Positions 8,342 to 16,939 of a stretch of 49,395 nucleotides of DNA are shown here, in pieces. Origin of the DNA: an uncultured Saprospiraceae bacterium (GTDB taxonomy: Bacteria; Bacteroidota; Bacteroidia; Chitinophagales; Saprospiraceae); NCBI GenBank assembly GCA_964458135.1, contig CAYWHT010000001.1, positions 1-49,395 of the forward strand, in the 5' to 3' direction. The translations under genes were made by a program, and so were the position numbers. The notes below the pieces were generated by a model. The model was not told the DNA's origin, ran no database searches, and saw nothing but the letters and a program-made list of their open reading frames with translations. How positions within the stretch are numbered: the first letter of the stretch is position 1; every line of letters starts with the position of its first letter.

Positions 8342-8414
8342 CAATTTATTAATACATTAAATGCATCTTTTGAGTGAGATTGTATCAATTGTTTAACGAA
8401 TTAGCTTATACCTA

Positions 8415-8454
8415 ACCAACTAGACGTGGGTGAGACCAACTAGACTTGGGCGAG
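8415..8454. repeat. Tandem 20-bp direct repeat (2 copies, 2 mismatches)
   Basis: ACCAACTAGACGTGGGTGAG (8415-8434) is followed directly by ACCAACTAGACTTGGGCGAG (8435-8454). The pair lies in the intergenic region between ssb and the membrane-protein gene. Confidence 0.7.
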
Positions 8455-8481
8455 AAATAAAAGGACAGATTCAATGTCCTT
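8453..8481 (-). terminator. Rho-independent terminator candidate downstream of ssb
   Basis: A 7-bp stem AAGGACA/TGTCCTT (8461-8467 / 8475-8481) has a 7-nt loop. On the minus strand it is followed by TTATTTCT. Confidence 0.45.
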
Positions 8482-8530
8482 CTACTCTCTACCAAAACCC
8501 AAGTCCTTACTGTTTCACTACTTCTAGGCT

Positions 8531-8917
8531 CTACTCCTCAGAACTGCTATTGTCATCCTCGTCATTATTATCGCCATGGTTTTTGACGCTAATTAACTCG
8601 AGACGATCGACACTTCCAATTTGCAAGCCCGCGCGAGGTTCATCGTACTTTTTTGACATATAGGGAGACGGTTCGATCGCCCCGTATGCGGCAATCAAGC
8701 TCCCTTGCTTGAGATAATCCAGGATACCCCAACCAATCGAGCCTTCCCAGATACTCAATTGCACCTGGAAGCTGCTATCGGTGTTGTTCTGGCGGCGGCA
8801 ATAAATCGTCGCCTCGGCAACTTTGCGCTTTCCATTGGAAGTATCAATTTCCTTGACCTCGGCATCAGCAGCGAGATTGCCCACCATCATTGCCGTAGAC
8901 ATGGTTGTTAATCCCAT
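8531..8917 (-). CDS. ssb: Single-stranded DNA-binding protein (OB fold) with acidic tail
   Basis: The SSB-like N-terminus reads MVGNLAADAEVKEI...KVAEATIYC...IWEGSIGWGILDYLKQGSLIAAYGAIEPSPY. The acidic C-terminal tail reads GDNNDEDDNSSSEE. GGAG lies 9 nt upstream of the ATG at 8917. Confidence 0.65.
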   Translation of the reverse strand: MGLTTMSTAMMVGNLAADAEVKEIDTSNGKRKVAEATIYCRRQNNTDSSFQVQLSIWEGSIGWGILDYLKQGSLIAAYGAIEPSPYMSKKYDEPRAGLQIGSVDRLELISVKNHGDNNDEDDNSSSEE

Positions 8918-8971
8918 AATAGATCTCCGTTAGTTAAGTACAAAATCAAATCAATCCAATCACGCGATCGC

Positions 8972-10930
8972 CTACTCCAATTCTCCAAATTCAGGCGACC
9001 ACCATTGTTCCTTGCGCGTCCAGAAGTACGCGACATCTTCGCAATCCTGCTTAGGTCGATCGGCACAACGCAACATTGCCTTCTTCTTCTTACCTTTTTG
9101 ATAATGGTGTTTTTCCAGCGGGTTTCCACATACCGGGCAAGTGAAATCAGTACGCTCGTCGTCAGGCAGATGGTTGTCGAAATTTTGTTTGACAAACTGC
9201 CGCCCCTGTTGCAATGCCTCTTGGAAATAATCGAAATAAAATTCGAGTAGATAGCTCTCCCAATCTTCGTCGCCTTCTGCGATCGCATCCAACTCTGCCT
9301 CCATTTCGGCGGTGAAGGTAGTATCGAGCAGATCGGGAACGACTTGCGCCAGCACCCGATACGTTTCCATTCCCAGGTGCGACGGTGCGAGCTTGCGCTT
9401 CTTGGAACGCACGTAATCGCGTCCTTTCAGCGTTTGCAGGATTGACGAGAACGTACTGGGACGCCCCACACCGCTCTTTTCGAGCTTCTGTACCAATTTC
9501 GCTTCCGAGTAGCGCGGCGGCGGCGATGTTTGGCGGCGGTCGGCATCGATTTTTTCGGGCGTAACGGCTTGTCCTTCCTTATCCAAGTTCGACGGAAGTT
9601 TGCGATCGCGCCCCAGATTGCGCCAATACTTACCGTAACCGGGGAACTCGACCGTTTGCCCTTTAGCTTCCCAATAAATATTCCCCGACTCGACCACAAT
9701 CCGCTTCTTGCGAAGTTTGGCATTCGCGCAACACGCGGCAATCGAGCGATTCCAAATCAGCGCGTATAGGGCAAACTGCTGCTTCGAGAGTTTGTCCAAA
9801 ACTTCCTGCGGGTGCAAGCTGATATCGGTCGGGCGGATCGCCTCATGTGCCTCCTGCGCTCCCTTCTTGGCTTTATAGGACGGCATCTTATCCGGCACGT
9901 TGTCGGGGTCGTTGGATTCGAGCCAACTTTTAGCGTCCGCTTTGAAATCGTCCGAGAGTACGGGCGCATCAGTCCGGTGGTAGGTAATGAGCGAAACGTG
10001 CTTGCCATCGAATTCGATTCCCTCGAACAGCGATTGCGCCAAATTCATTACCTGCTCCGGCGATACCCCCAACTTCGATCCAGCCGCCTGCTGCAAGGTC
10101 GAAGTCGTAAATGGTTTGGGCGGTTTCTTGGAAGCGGCGCGATCGGAGATTTTAACAATCCGATGTTGGGCATCCCGCGCCGCCTCAATGACCTTGTTGG
10201 CATCGGCTTTCGTCCAGATTCTCCTGGATTCGATTTCCGGCAAGTCGTCCTCCGATTGCGCGTCATCGTCCGATTGCGCGTCATTGTCGTCGCTGCCGAC
10301 ATCCGTACCAATGAAGTATGCTTTAAATCCTTCGGTATATTTCACCCAAGCCGACCAATACGGCTGCGGCTCGAACTCGTCGATTTCCTTTTCGCGCCGA
10401 CAGATAATCGCCAATGCTGCCGACTGGACACGCCCTGCCGACTTGCCCCCCGTGGAATTCCACAGTAGGGGCGATACCTTGAATCCCACGAGCTTATCGA
10501 GGATTTGCCGCGCGCGCGCAGCATTGGCAAGATTGGTATCAATACTTGGATCGGCATTATCGATCGCGCGCTTGACTGCCTTCTCCGTAATTTCGGAATA
10601 GCGCACGCGCTTGAGCGATTTTAAACCAAGCTCTTGCTGGACGTGCCAGCCGATTGCCTCTCCTTCCCGGTCGGGGTCAGTCGCCACATAAATCTCGCTG
10701 GCTTGCTTGGCAAGTTTTTTCAATTTGGAGATCGCCTTCTTGCCATTGCTTCCTCTCGGTTGGTAGCGCGGCTTCACCCCATCGCGATCGATGTCGAATC
10801 CCAGGTTGTCTTCGCCATCGTTTGCCAGCTCGACCAAATGCCCGAACGATGCCTCAACGCGCCAATCCTTACCTAAAAATGACTTTAGCGTACTCCTTTT
10901 GTTGGGAGACTCTAATACAAGCAATTTCAA
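8972..10930 (-). CDS. Type IA DNA topoisomerase (Topo III/TraE-like) with C-terminal zinc ribbon
   Basis: The Toprim N-terminus reads MKLLVLESPNKRSTL...ASFGHLVEL and includes ATDPDREGEAI. The active-site Tyr box is LITYHRTDAP (compare YMRTDS). The C-terminus reads CPVCGNPLEKHHYQKGKKKKAMLRCAD. The TTG start at 10930 has a GGAGGA box 7 nt upstream. Confidence 0.9.
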   Translation of the reverse strand: MKLLVLESPNKRSTLKSFLGKDWRVEASFGHLVELANDGEDNLGFDIDRDGVKPRYQPRGSNGKKAISKLKKLAKQASEIYVATDPDREGEAIGWHVQQELGLKSLKRVRYSEITEKAVKRAIDNADPSIDTNLANAARARQILDKLVGFKVSPLLWNSTGGKSAGRVQSAALAIICRREKEIDEFEPQPYWSAWVKYTEGFKAYFIGTDVGSDDNDAQSDDDAQSEDDLPEIESRRIWTKADANKVIEAARDAQHRIVKISDRAASKKPPKPFTTSTLQQAAGSKLGVSPEQVMNLAQSLFEGIEFDGKHVSLITYHRTDAPVLSDDFKADAKSWLESNDPDNVPDKMPSYKAKKGAQEAHEAIRPTDISLHPQEVLDKLSKQQFALYALIWNRSIAACCANAKLRKKRIVVESGNIYWEAKGQTVEFPGYGKYWRNLGRDRKLPSNLDKEGQAVTPEKIDADRRQTSPPPRYSEAKLVQKLEKSGVGRPSTFSSILQTLKGRDYVRSKKRKLAPSHLGMETYRVLAQVVPDLLDTTFTAEMEAELDAIAEGDEDWESYLLEFYFDYFQEALQQGRQFVKQNFDNHLPDDERTDFTCPVCGNPLEKHHYQKGKKKKAMLRCADRPKQDCEDVAYFWTRKEQWWSPEFGELE

Positions 10931-10942
10931 ACCTCGTTCCTC

Positions 10943-11515
10943 CTATAGCGGTATATTTTTGCGATCGACCAATTCGTAGCTCTCGCCCGTAAAACACAGT
11001 CGCAAGCGCTTCACGGTATCCGGCGGATCGCTCGGATCGCTGGGATTGGGTTGGTGAACTCGCAAGCACGGAAGCCCCTTCTGCATCGATTCAGTCGCCT
11101 CAATTAGATGGAATCCACCAGGCGCATCGACCATATAAGCCATGAATACTTGTTCCCACTGACCGTCGCGCACGTGATAGCCAGCGAAGCGACGCCCGCT
11201 TCGCCCCCGCAAAAGCCGCGAGTTGAAGTCAATAAAATACAGTGCCTCGTGCGGTTTTAGCACAAGGGCATCTCCAACTACTTGCGATAGCCGTTCGCCG
11301 GAGAGACTGGAATTATCTTGAACGATCGTTTCAATTCGCTCCTCGCTCAAAACTGACTGTGCGGATTGCCAGTCGGTCGCGCTAGCTTTCGAGCACGAGC
11401 AACCAAACAGAACAAATACTAGGAAGGTAAAGGCGAAGAGCAAACGCCCCAAGTTCAAGTGCTTGGCAAGCCACTGCGGAATCTCAATATCGTCTTTTCG
11501 ATGATGGGTCTGCAC
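10943..11515 (-). CDS. Putative lipoprotein / exported protein (190 aa)
   Basis: An N-terminal hydrophobic segment ends in the lipobox-like VLFGCSCS. The GTG start has an AAGGAG box 10 nt upstream. Confidence 0.5.
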   Translation of the reverse strand: MQTHHRKDDIEIPQWLAKHLNLGRLLFAFTFLVFVLFGCSCSKASATDWQSAQSVLSEERIETIVQDNSSLSGERLSQVVGDALVLKPHEALYFIDFNSRLLRGRSGRRFAGYHVRDGQWEQVFMAYMVDAPGGFHLIEATESMQKGLPCLRVHQPNPSDPSDPPDTVKRLRLCFTGESYELVDRKNIPL

Positions 11516-11529
11516 TGTTCGTGTTCTCC

Positions 11530-12183
11530 TTAATTAATAATTCGGGAGGGAATCTCGATACCAAGCTGCTCTAATGCCCAGCGCTCGTAGGGATAAATAT
11601 GGAACTGTTGCTGTCCCTCTCCAGTCCCCCAACTATTGACTCGCTGCTGAAGGCGATCGCGTCCGATGCGGTTGATAGTACGCTCGTATCGGTCGAGGGC
11701 GAGCTGGCGGACGACTTGAGACGAAAGGGTTTCGCCATTGCGATTCGGAATTTCAGTCAGCGGTCGATGATCGCCGACAAGATCGTAAAGCTCGCGCTGG
11801 CACTGCTCGTTGGCAGCCGAAATAATCAAATTATCTGGTTTGCCCTGTCGCTCCTGAACTTCAGTCGTATTAGGTGTAAATTCAGGCATCGAATCAGGCG
11901 TACGATAAGCGTAAAACCAATAATAGGTTCGACCGTTTACTACTGTGCGTGCGGCTAATCGCACGCCCCCTCGAATCATGCCTGGTGGCTGGGTTGGAAT
12001 GCAATTAAGTGTTTGCTGCTTGATTTGCGCTGCATTGAGCGTATCCGCAGAAAATTGAATGTTTTGTTGTTGATTGTTGTTTTGTTGAGCCACCACGGAG
12101 CGATCGCTGCTGGCAATAGCAGCTATGGCAACTGCCGCACCACAGCTACAAAGGGCGTACAGTAAAAATCTGAGCTGTCTCAT
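11530..12183 (-). CDS. Secreted hypothetical protein (217 aa)
   Basis: The signal peptide reads MRQLRFLLYALCSCGAAVAIAAIASS. A strong AAGGAGGA box precedes the ATG at 12183. Confidence 0.55.
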   Translation of the reverse strand: MRQLRFLLYALCSCGAAVAIAAIASSDRSVVAQQNNNQQQNIQFSADTLNAAQIKQQTLNCIPTQPPGMIRGGVRLAARTVVNGRTYYWFYAYRTPDSMPEFTPNTTEVQERQGKPDNLIISAANEQCQRELYDLVGDHRPLTEIPNRNGETLSSQVVRQLALDRYERTINRIGRDRLQQRVNSWGTGEGQQQFHIYPYERWALEQLGIEIPSRIIN

Positions 12184-12194
12184 AAATTCCTCCT

Positions 12195-14618
12195 TTAATA
12201 CATATCGAGGGACTTCTGCGGATCGACCGTCGTGCGCGGGAATGGCAACGTCCCAGCTTGCGAGTTGTCATTTTTGTGAAGGGCGAAATCGAGATGGATA
12301 CCAGAAGACGATCCGGTATTACCCTCTCCGCCAATTTGCTGCCCCTGGCTAACTTGCTGCCCCTGGCGCACATCAACACTACTGAGGTGCGAGTAGCGGG
12401 TCTTGCGCCCATTCCCGTGATTGATTACCACGGTTTTGCCGAGTCCCCCTGTATAGCCCTGGCTGACAAATTGCACGGTTCCCCCGTCGGCAGCTTTAAT
12501 CGGCGATCCGCGCCGCCCGGTACTCAAGTCGAGGGCGTCATGGTATTTGGATGCAAAGCATCCAATACTGCGATAACCATAGTCAGAAGTCATCACCGCA
12601 TCGCTAGCCACAGGATTAACCAATGTTCCCGTCGCTTTACCGGAACCTTCAGGAGCATTAGCTTGAGCGCAACTATTACTCGTAGGCTGGCTTCCTCCCA
12701 TCGCTTGATAGTTCTGCCGCGCTTGCTTCCCGTACTCGTAAAGACTCAATCGCCCAAGCGCATCTGATGCGCCGCCATCAATTGGCGCACCCGCACCACC
12801 AAACCACTTCTGAGCCACGCGCTCGACCAACCGCCCGCCAGAAAACGCTTTGCCCGTGGTCGGATCGATTTCTTGCCGCGCCCCTTGCATCAACTGCTTC
12901 ATTTCCTCTCGGTACGCCGCTTCCTGTACTTGAGAGGGAAAGTATTTCTGAAGTTCGGATTTAGTGGGACGAGAGCCATTTTTGAGGCGCTGCAACCACT
13001 GCGCGCCTCCTGGCTTCTGCTTCACTCGCTTCTGCACTTCTGGTAGATAGCTCATCATCTGGTGTTTGCCCAGCCCCCGACCACAGTTGTAAGGCGTGCA
13101 GGTGTGTACGCCGATGGCAGTATATTCGCCGCTGCCCTGCGATTCGATCTGGTGGATTGCTTCGCCCAGACGACCGACATTAATGCCGTTGAGCATTTCG
13201 CCGCACGGAGCAGTCGAGGGCGATTGCCCCGGCACGCCAAAGCTGGGATTTTGATTGCCAACTGGGATCGCAGAGTCAGAAATTCCCGACGTTGCCGTCG
13301 CCCCCCCCTCACCGTCCAGCTTGCCGATGAAGATCTTGTCGTTAGTCGAACGCGACAGCCACGGGACACGAAGCTGATTGTAGGGCGTGCAAGTTCGCAT
13401 TCCCGCAATCAGCGCACACCAGCGAAACCACAGCTTAAAGTTAACTTTCCCTTCGCTCTCATCTGGTTCCCAGACAACAACCTTGAATCCTTCGCCAAAT
13501 GGATGTCGTCCCGTGGGTTCGTATCCGGTGCTGTATCCAAACGGACTCGGAACATTTTTGAGGACACCAAACCCACCTTCGACTTCGTGGTATTTGCCCG
13601 ATATCCATTGCTTCCCTTCAAACTTGGATGCGGGCGGGTTCCCTTCACTCTCGGTATCGTCGAGTTCGATATAAGCGCATTTTGCCGGATCGGTAGCAGC
13701 GTCGTCGGGCTTGACCAACTTTCCTTCCTCAGAGCAAGCCACGCTAAATCCAGCTTGCTTGCTGCCGCTGATCGTATCGGTTCGATGGTCTTCGGCGCTC
13801 CCCCAAATCGCGTCGATTCGGGCAATTGTGCCGACATTCGCTGAAATATTAGAAAAATTCCCAAACGGAAGCTCGTCTAATCCAGGAATGCTGCTCGGAC
13901 TACTGTCAGCCCATCCTTCAATATTGCCAAGTTTTGTCGAACTCGCACCGGGAAGATCGTTGATGCTGTATCCTTCTAGAACTTTTCCCAACTCCGATAA
14001 CTGCAAGTCCCCCGCTGCGGGAAACTCCTCGACCAATTGCCCGAAAGTTAAATTATCAGGGTCGCTCGGCAAATTCTCGACAAATTGCGATTCCTGTTGC
14101 AGCAGGCGGCTAACTGGTTCGATGTCCTCGATCTTTTCGCCATTGAGCGTTGGAATATCGCAAAGCTGCGAGAGTGGCTTATCCGAGAGCAATGAAAATT
14201 CACTGAGAGAGGTATTTTCAGCGATATTCCGCCCCGTCCCTGTCGAAATATCGTCGAGGGATAGGTTTTGAGGCGCAAATCCACCTCCGCTGGCGAGGTC
14301 GCCCAATCGCAAAATATCTTCGATTCGATCGCCCTTTTGCCAAGTTCGCCCCACCTGATAGTCGGCTTTGCCATTCCAGCGATCGCTAATTTGTCCGCCC
14401 GATTTGACTGGATCGAGGTCGCTGAAGGTCAATTGCTCGATATTACTGAAATCGATTTGCTGTCGGCTCTGGTTTTGCGCAATTGCTCCTTCTGCGGCAA
14501 TCACCACCAACATCGCAATGGCAAGGACACACGCCCCCAGAAACTTAAATATCTTCGAGTAGTGCCGTCTCGCGGTGAACGCTCGGTTGCCGTTTTGGTG
14601 CCTTGTTGGGCGTCTCAT
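12195..14618 (-). CDS. Conjugative cell-wall hydrolase: lytic transglycosylase (SLT) plus M23 peptidase domains
   Basis: An N-terminal transmembrane anchor is present. The SLT-like box is AIHQIESQGSGEYTAIGVHT...GLGKHQMMSYL. The C-terminal M23 domain has the HxxxD box (YHDALDL) and GTVQFVS...GKTVVINHGNGRKTRYSHLSS...GNTGSSSGIHLDFALH. The usual HxH box reads HLD here. The ATG at 14618 is preferred over the TTG at 14681. Confidence 0.85.
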   Translation of the reverse strand: MRRPTRHQNGNRAFTARRHYSKIFKFLGACVLAIAMLVVIAAEGAIAQNQSRQQIDFSNIEQLTFSDLDPVKSGGQISDRWNGKADYQVGRTWQKGDRIEDILRLGDLASGGGFAPQNLSLDDISTGTGRNIAENTSLSEFSLLSDKPLSQLCDIPTLNGEKIEDIEPVSRLLQQESQFVENLPSDPDNLTFGQLVEEFPAAGDLQLSELGKVLEGYSINDLPGASSTKLGNIEGWADSSPSSIPGLDELPFGNFSNISANVGTIARIDAIWGSAEDHRTDTISGSKQAGFSVACSEEGKLVKPDDAATDPAKCAYIELDDTESEGNPPASKFEGKQWISGKYHEVEGGFGVLKNVPSPFGYSTGYEPTGRHPFGEGFKVVVWEPDESEGKVNFKLWFRWCALIAGMRTCTPYNQLRVPWLSRSTNDKIFIGKLDGEGGATATSGISDSAIPVGNQNPSFGVPGQSPSTAPCGEMLNGINVGRLGEAIHQIESQGSGEYTAIGVHTCTPYNCGRGLGKHQMMSYLPEVQKRVKQKPGGAQWLQRLKNGSRPTKSELQKYFPSQVQEAAYREEMKQLMQGARQEIDPTTGKAFSGGRLVERVAQKWFGGAGAPIDGGASDALGRLSLYEYGKQARQNYQAMGGSQPTSNSCAQANAPEGSGKATGTLVNPVASDAVMTSDYGYRSIGCFASKYHDALDLSTGRRGSPIKAADGGTVQFVSQGYTGGLGKTVVINHGNGRKTRYSHLSSVDVRQGQQVSQGQQIGGEGNTGSSSGIHLDFALHKNDNSQAGTLPFPRTTVDPQKSLDMY

Positions 14619-16260
14619 CGTTATCGTCAGATCTGAGTTTGCGTTCGTCGATGCCAAGAAGATTCTGCGGCGGGCGCGCAAATACGCTGTCGTCTTCTCC
14701 CTGTACGGGCTTGGCGTAGTCTGCCTTGTTCAAAATTCCAGCAATCGCATCGCTGATATCGCGCTTTTGGGCATCCGGGATAAAATTCTGTCGTTCCTCA
14801 ATAATTTCATCGCGGCTGATTCGAACTTTTCCCGGCTTGAAATCGCCCGAGTGCATATCTCGGAAGTAGCGGCGGTTAGCCACTGCGGTTACGGCTTTGC
14901 CAATTTCCGCTGGCGTACATCCTTGGTATTCGCGCAGGATTACGTGCCAATCCTCAATTTCGAGGTGATCGTGCTTGAAATACTTATCTAAATGCACTTG
15001 GAACACTTCGTAGAGCGCTCCTCGGTGCGGCAAGCCAAAAAAGTGAATCACCTCAAATCGCCGGATCATCTCGGGCGGCAGCATCTGGAGATGGTTTATC
15101 GTCGCAAACATGACCACGGGTTCGACGTGATCGTTCATCCAGCTCAACAGTCGTCCTGCCAATTTCCCGAGCTGCCCTCCTTCTGAAGAGCTGTCCCAGC
15201 CTGCAAAGGCTTTATCAAATTCATCGAAAAACAGAATAGCATTCCCGATTTTGCTCACAAACTCGATTAGATAATCAAAGTTGTCCATCGATTCGCGCAC
15301 TGTATTCCCGATGAGTCCATTCCAGTCGGCGGCAACCAAGGAACCGCCGATTCGCTTGGCGGCTAACTTGGCAGCCAGCGACTTACCCGTTCCCGGAATC
15401 CCCCAAAGCAGCACCGATTTTGGCGGTCGCAGTTCGCGCTGGCTGGCTTCAGGCTCCATCAATAAGCGAATTTCTTCGAGGGAGCGATCGAGCAAATCCA
15501 TTCCCGCCGCTTTCGGTACGTCCGGCTCGGGCAAAATCGTAATCCCGCGTCCGGCAACCTTTTCGCGTTTGTAGGTCAAAATGTTGTCTGCTACCGTCTC
15601 GGTATCGGTATCCCGATTGCAATCGAGGGAGCGATCGAGAATTACGGCGATTTCGGCACGAGACAACCCGATACACGCTTTCGCAACTGGTCGCTGCTGT
15701 TCGAGGGAGCGATCGGATTTATCCCAGCCTAAATGCTCTTGGCAATACTCGCTTACCTTCTCCCGAATCTCGAAAGCATCTGGCAACCCAAACTCTAAAG
15801 CTGGCAGCATTGAGTGCAGTGCAATCGGAATCTCGAAAGATTCATCGGCAAATACCAGATACTTTCGATTGTCAGACTGATTGAGGTAGAAGTAGGCATT
15901 CTCGATCTGATACTCTTCCTGCCTTCCCAGATTCTGCAATGCTCCCTCTAGTACGTAGATTCCGGGACTACTGGCTTCTGCAATCTTCTCGATCGCGATC
16001 GCTGCGTCTACCCCGTACAAATCAGCGGTCGCGTCGCGGCAATCGACCAATTTGACTTGAATCTCGCAATCGTAGCCCTCTACTTTTTTGAGGCAATTGC
16101 ATCCTGGATTCCAGAAAAATAGGGGCAAGCCTAGTTCTTGCACCCACGGCACGAACTGCCGAAGCAAGTAATTCCGATCGCATTTTGGAGAGCGCACTGC
16201 CGATAGCGGCTCTCCCCGGCTGGCGAGAACTTGCCAATTCTCAAGTGGTTCAAATCGCAT
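14545..16260 (-). CDS. AAA+ ATPase (classical AAA clade) with large unknown N-terminal domain
   Basis: Walker A is LLWGIPGTGKSLAAK and Walker B is ILFFDEFDKAF. A sensor/arginine region VMFATINHLQMLPPEMIRRFE is present. The ATG at 16260 (GGGGGA box upstream) lies 10 nt after the stop of the upstream gene. Confidence 0.85.
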   Translation of the reverse strand: MRFEPLENWQVLASRGEPLSAVRSPKCDRNYLLRQFVPWVQELGLPLFFWNPGCNCLKKVEGYDCEIQVKLVDCRDATADLYGVDAAIAIEKIAEASSPGIYVLEGALQNLGRQEEYQIENAYFYLNQSDNRKYLVFADESFEIPIALHSMLPALEFGLPDAFEIREKVSEYCQEHLGWDKSDRSLEQQRPVAKACIGLSRAEIAVILDRSLDCNRDTDTETVADNILTYKREKVAGRGITILPEPDVPKAAGMDLLDRSLEEIRLLMEPEASQRELRPPKSVLLWGIPGTGKSLAAKLAAKRIGGSLVAADWNGLIGNTVRESMDNFDYLIEFVSKIGNAILFFDEFDKAFAGWDSSSEGGQLGKLAGRLLSWMNDHVEPVVMFATINHLQMLPPEMIRRFEVIHFFGLPHRGALYEVFQVHLDKYFKHDHLEIEDWHVILREYQGCTPAEIGKAVTAVANRRYFRDMHSGDFKPGKVRISRDEIIEERQNFIPDAQKRDISDAIAGILNKADYAKPVQGEDDSVFARPPQNLLGIDERKLRSDDNDETPNKAPKRQPSVHRETALLEDI

Positions 16261-16270
16261 AATCCCCCTG

Positions 16271-16939
16271 CTAATTCTGCTGCTGTACCCATTCGCGCTT
16301 CTCTGGTGGCTGCGTCCAGACCAAGCAAAATCCAGACCGAGCTTCGCGCGCCCCATATTTCAGCGTCACGCCCAACTCCTGAATCTGCTGCTGGCAATCC
16401 CCCAGCAACTGTTCGTTCCAGCGCATCAACTGTTTGGCGTATTGCCCTTCTTGACTCATCGCCCATTCCAGGGCTTTTGCTTCTTCGAGAGTTAGTTGCA
16501 CTTTACCTCTCGGATCGAGCTTGGTAGTCGCTTCTTGGTAAGCAAATCCCCCAGTAATTCCTATTGCTAAAGTTGTCAGAATCGCTACCGACCCAGCGGC
16601 GATCGACCATAGCCCGATTTTTGCCTTATTTTCTTGGGTCTGCTCGACAAGCCGTTGGGCGGACTCGGCAACCTTGTTTTCGACTCCAGTACGCGCCGCA
16701 CGCTGATAGCCTTCTAAATGCTCGTTAATTTGCTGCTGCGCGTACTCGAAGGAATGCTCGATCCGCCCCGGCGCATCTTCCACCAGTGTTTGGACTGCCG
16801 AGACTCCGACCATTAGCAGAAATACCGGATCGTCTTTCTTCAACCCGAAGGCATTAACAATCTCTAGGATTCGCTCCCGCTGCTGGGCATCGTAATTCGC
16901 CAACAGGCGATCGAGCATATTGTCTGATTTATCCAGCAT
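16271..16939 (-). CDS. Hypothetical membrane protein (222 aa)
   Basis: It has a single central transmembrane helix (IGLWSIAAGSVAILTTLAIGITGGFAY). The start overlaps the upstream ParA-like gene by 11 nt. Confidence 0.55.
   Translation of the reverse strand: MLDKSDNMLDRLLANYDAQQRERILEIVNAFGLKKDDPVFLLMVGVSAVQTLVEDAPGRIEHSFEYAQQQINEHLEGYQRAARTGVENKVAESAQRLVEQTQENKAKIGLWSIAAGSVAILTTLAIGITGGFAYQEATTKLDPRGKVQLTLEEAKALEWAMSQEGQYAKQLMRWNEQLLGDCQQQIQELGVTLKYGAREARSGFCLVWTQPPEKREWVQQQN

Noticed and set aside
9812-10601. Long plus-strand ORFs (218 and 204 aa) antisense to the topoisomerase gene
   Set aside because: They have the Arg/Leu/Ser-rich composition typical of antisense frames of a GC-balanced gene. 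The opposite strand carries unambiguous Toprim and active-site motifs.
12258-14636. Plus-strand ORFs (169, 260, 186 and 122 aa) antisense to the SLT/M23 hydrolase gene
   Set aside because: They have no motifs and a low-complexity Arg/Ser/Pro composition. The minus strand encodes clear SLT and M23 domains.
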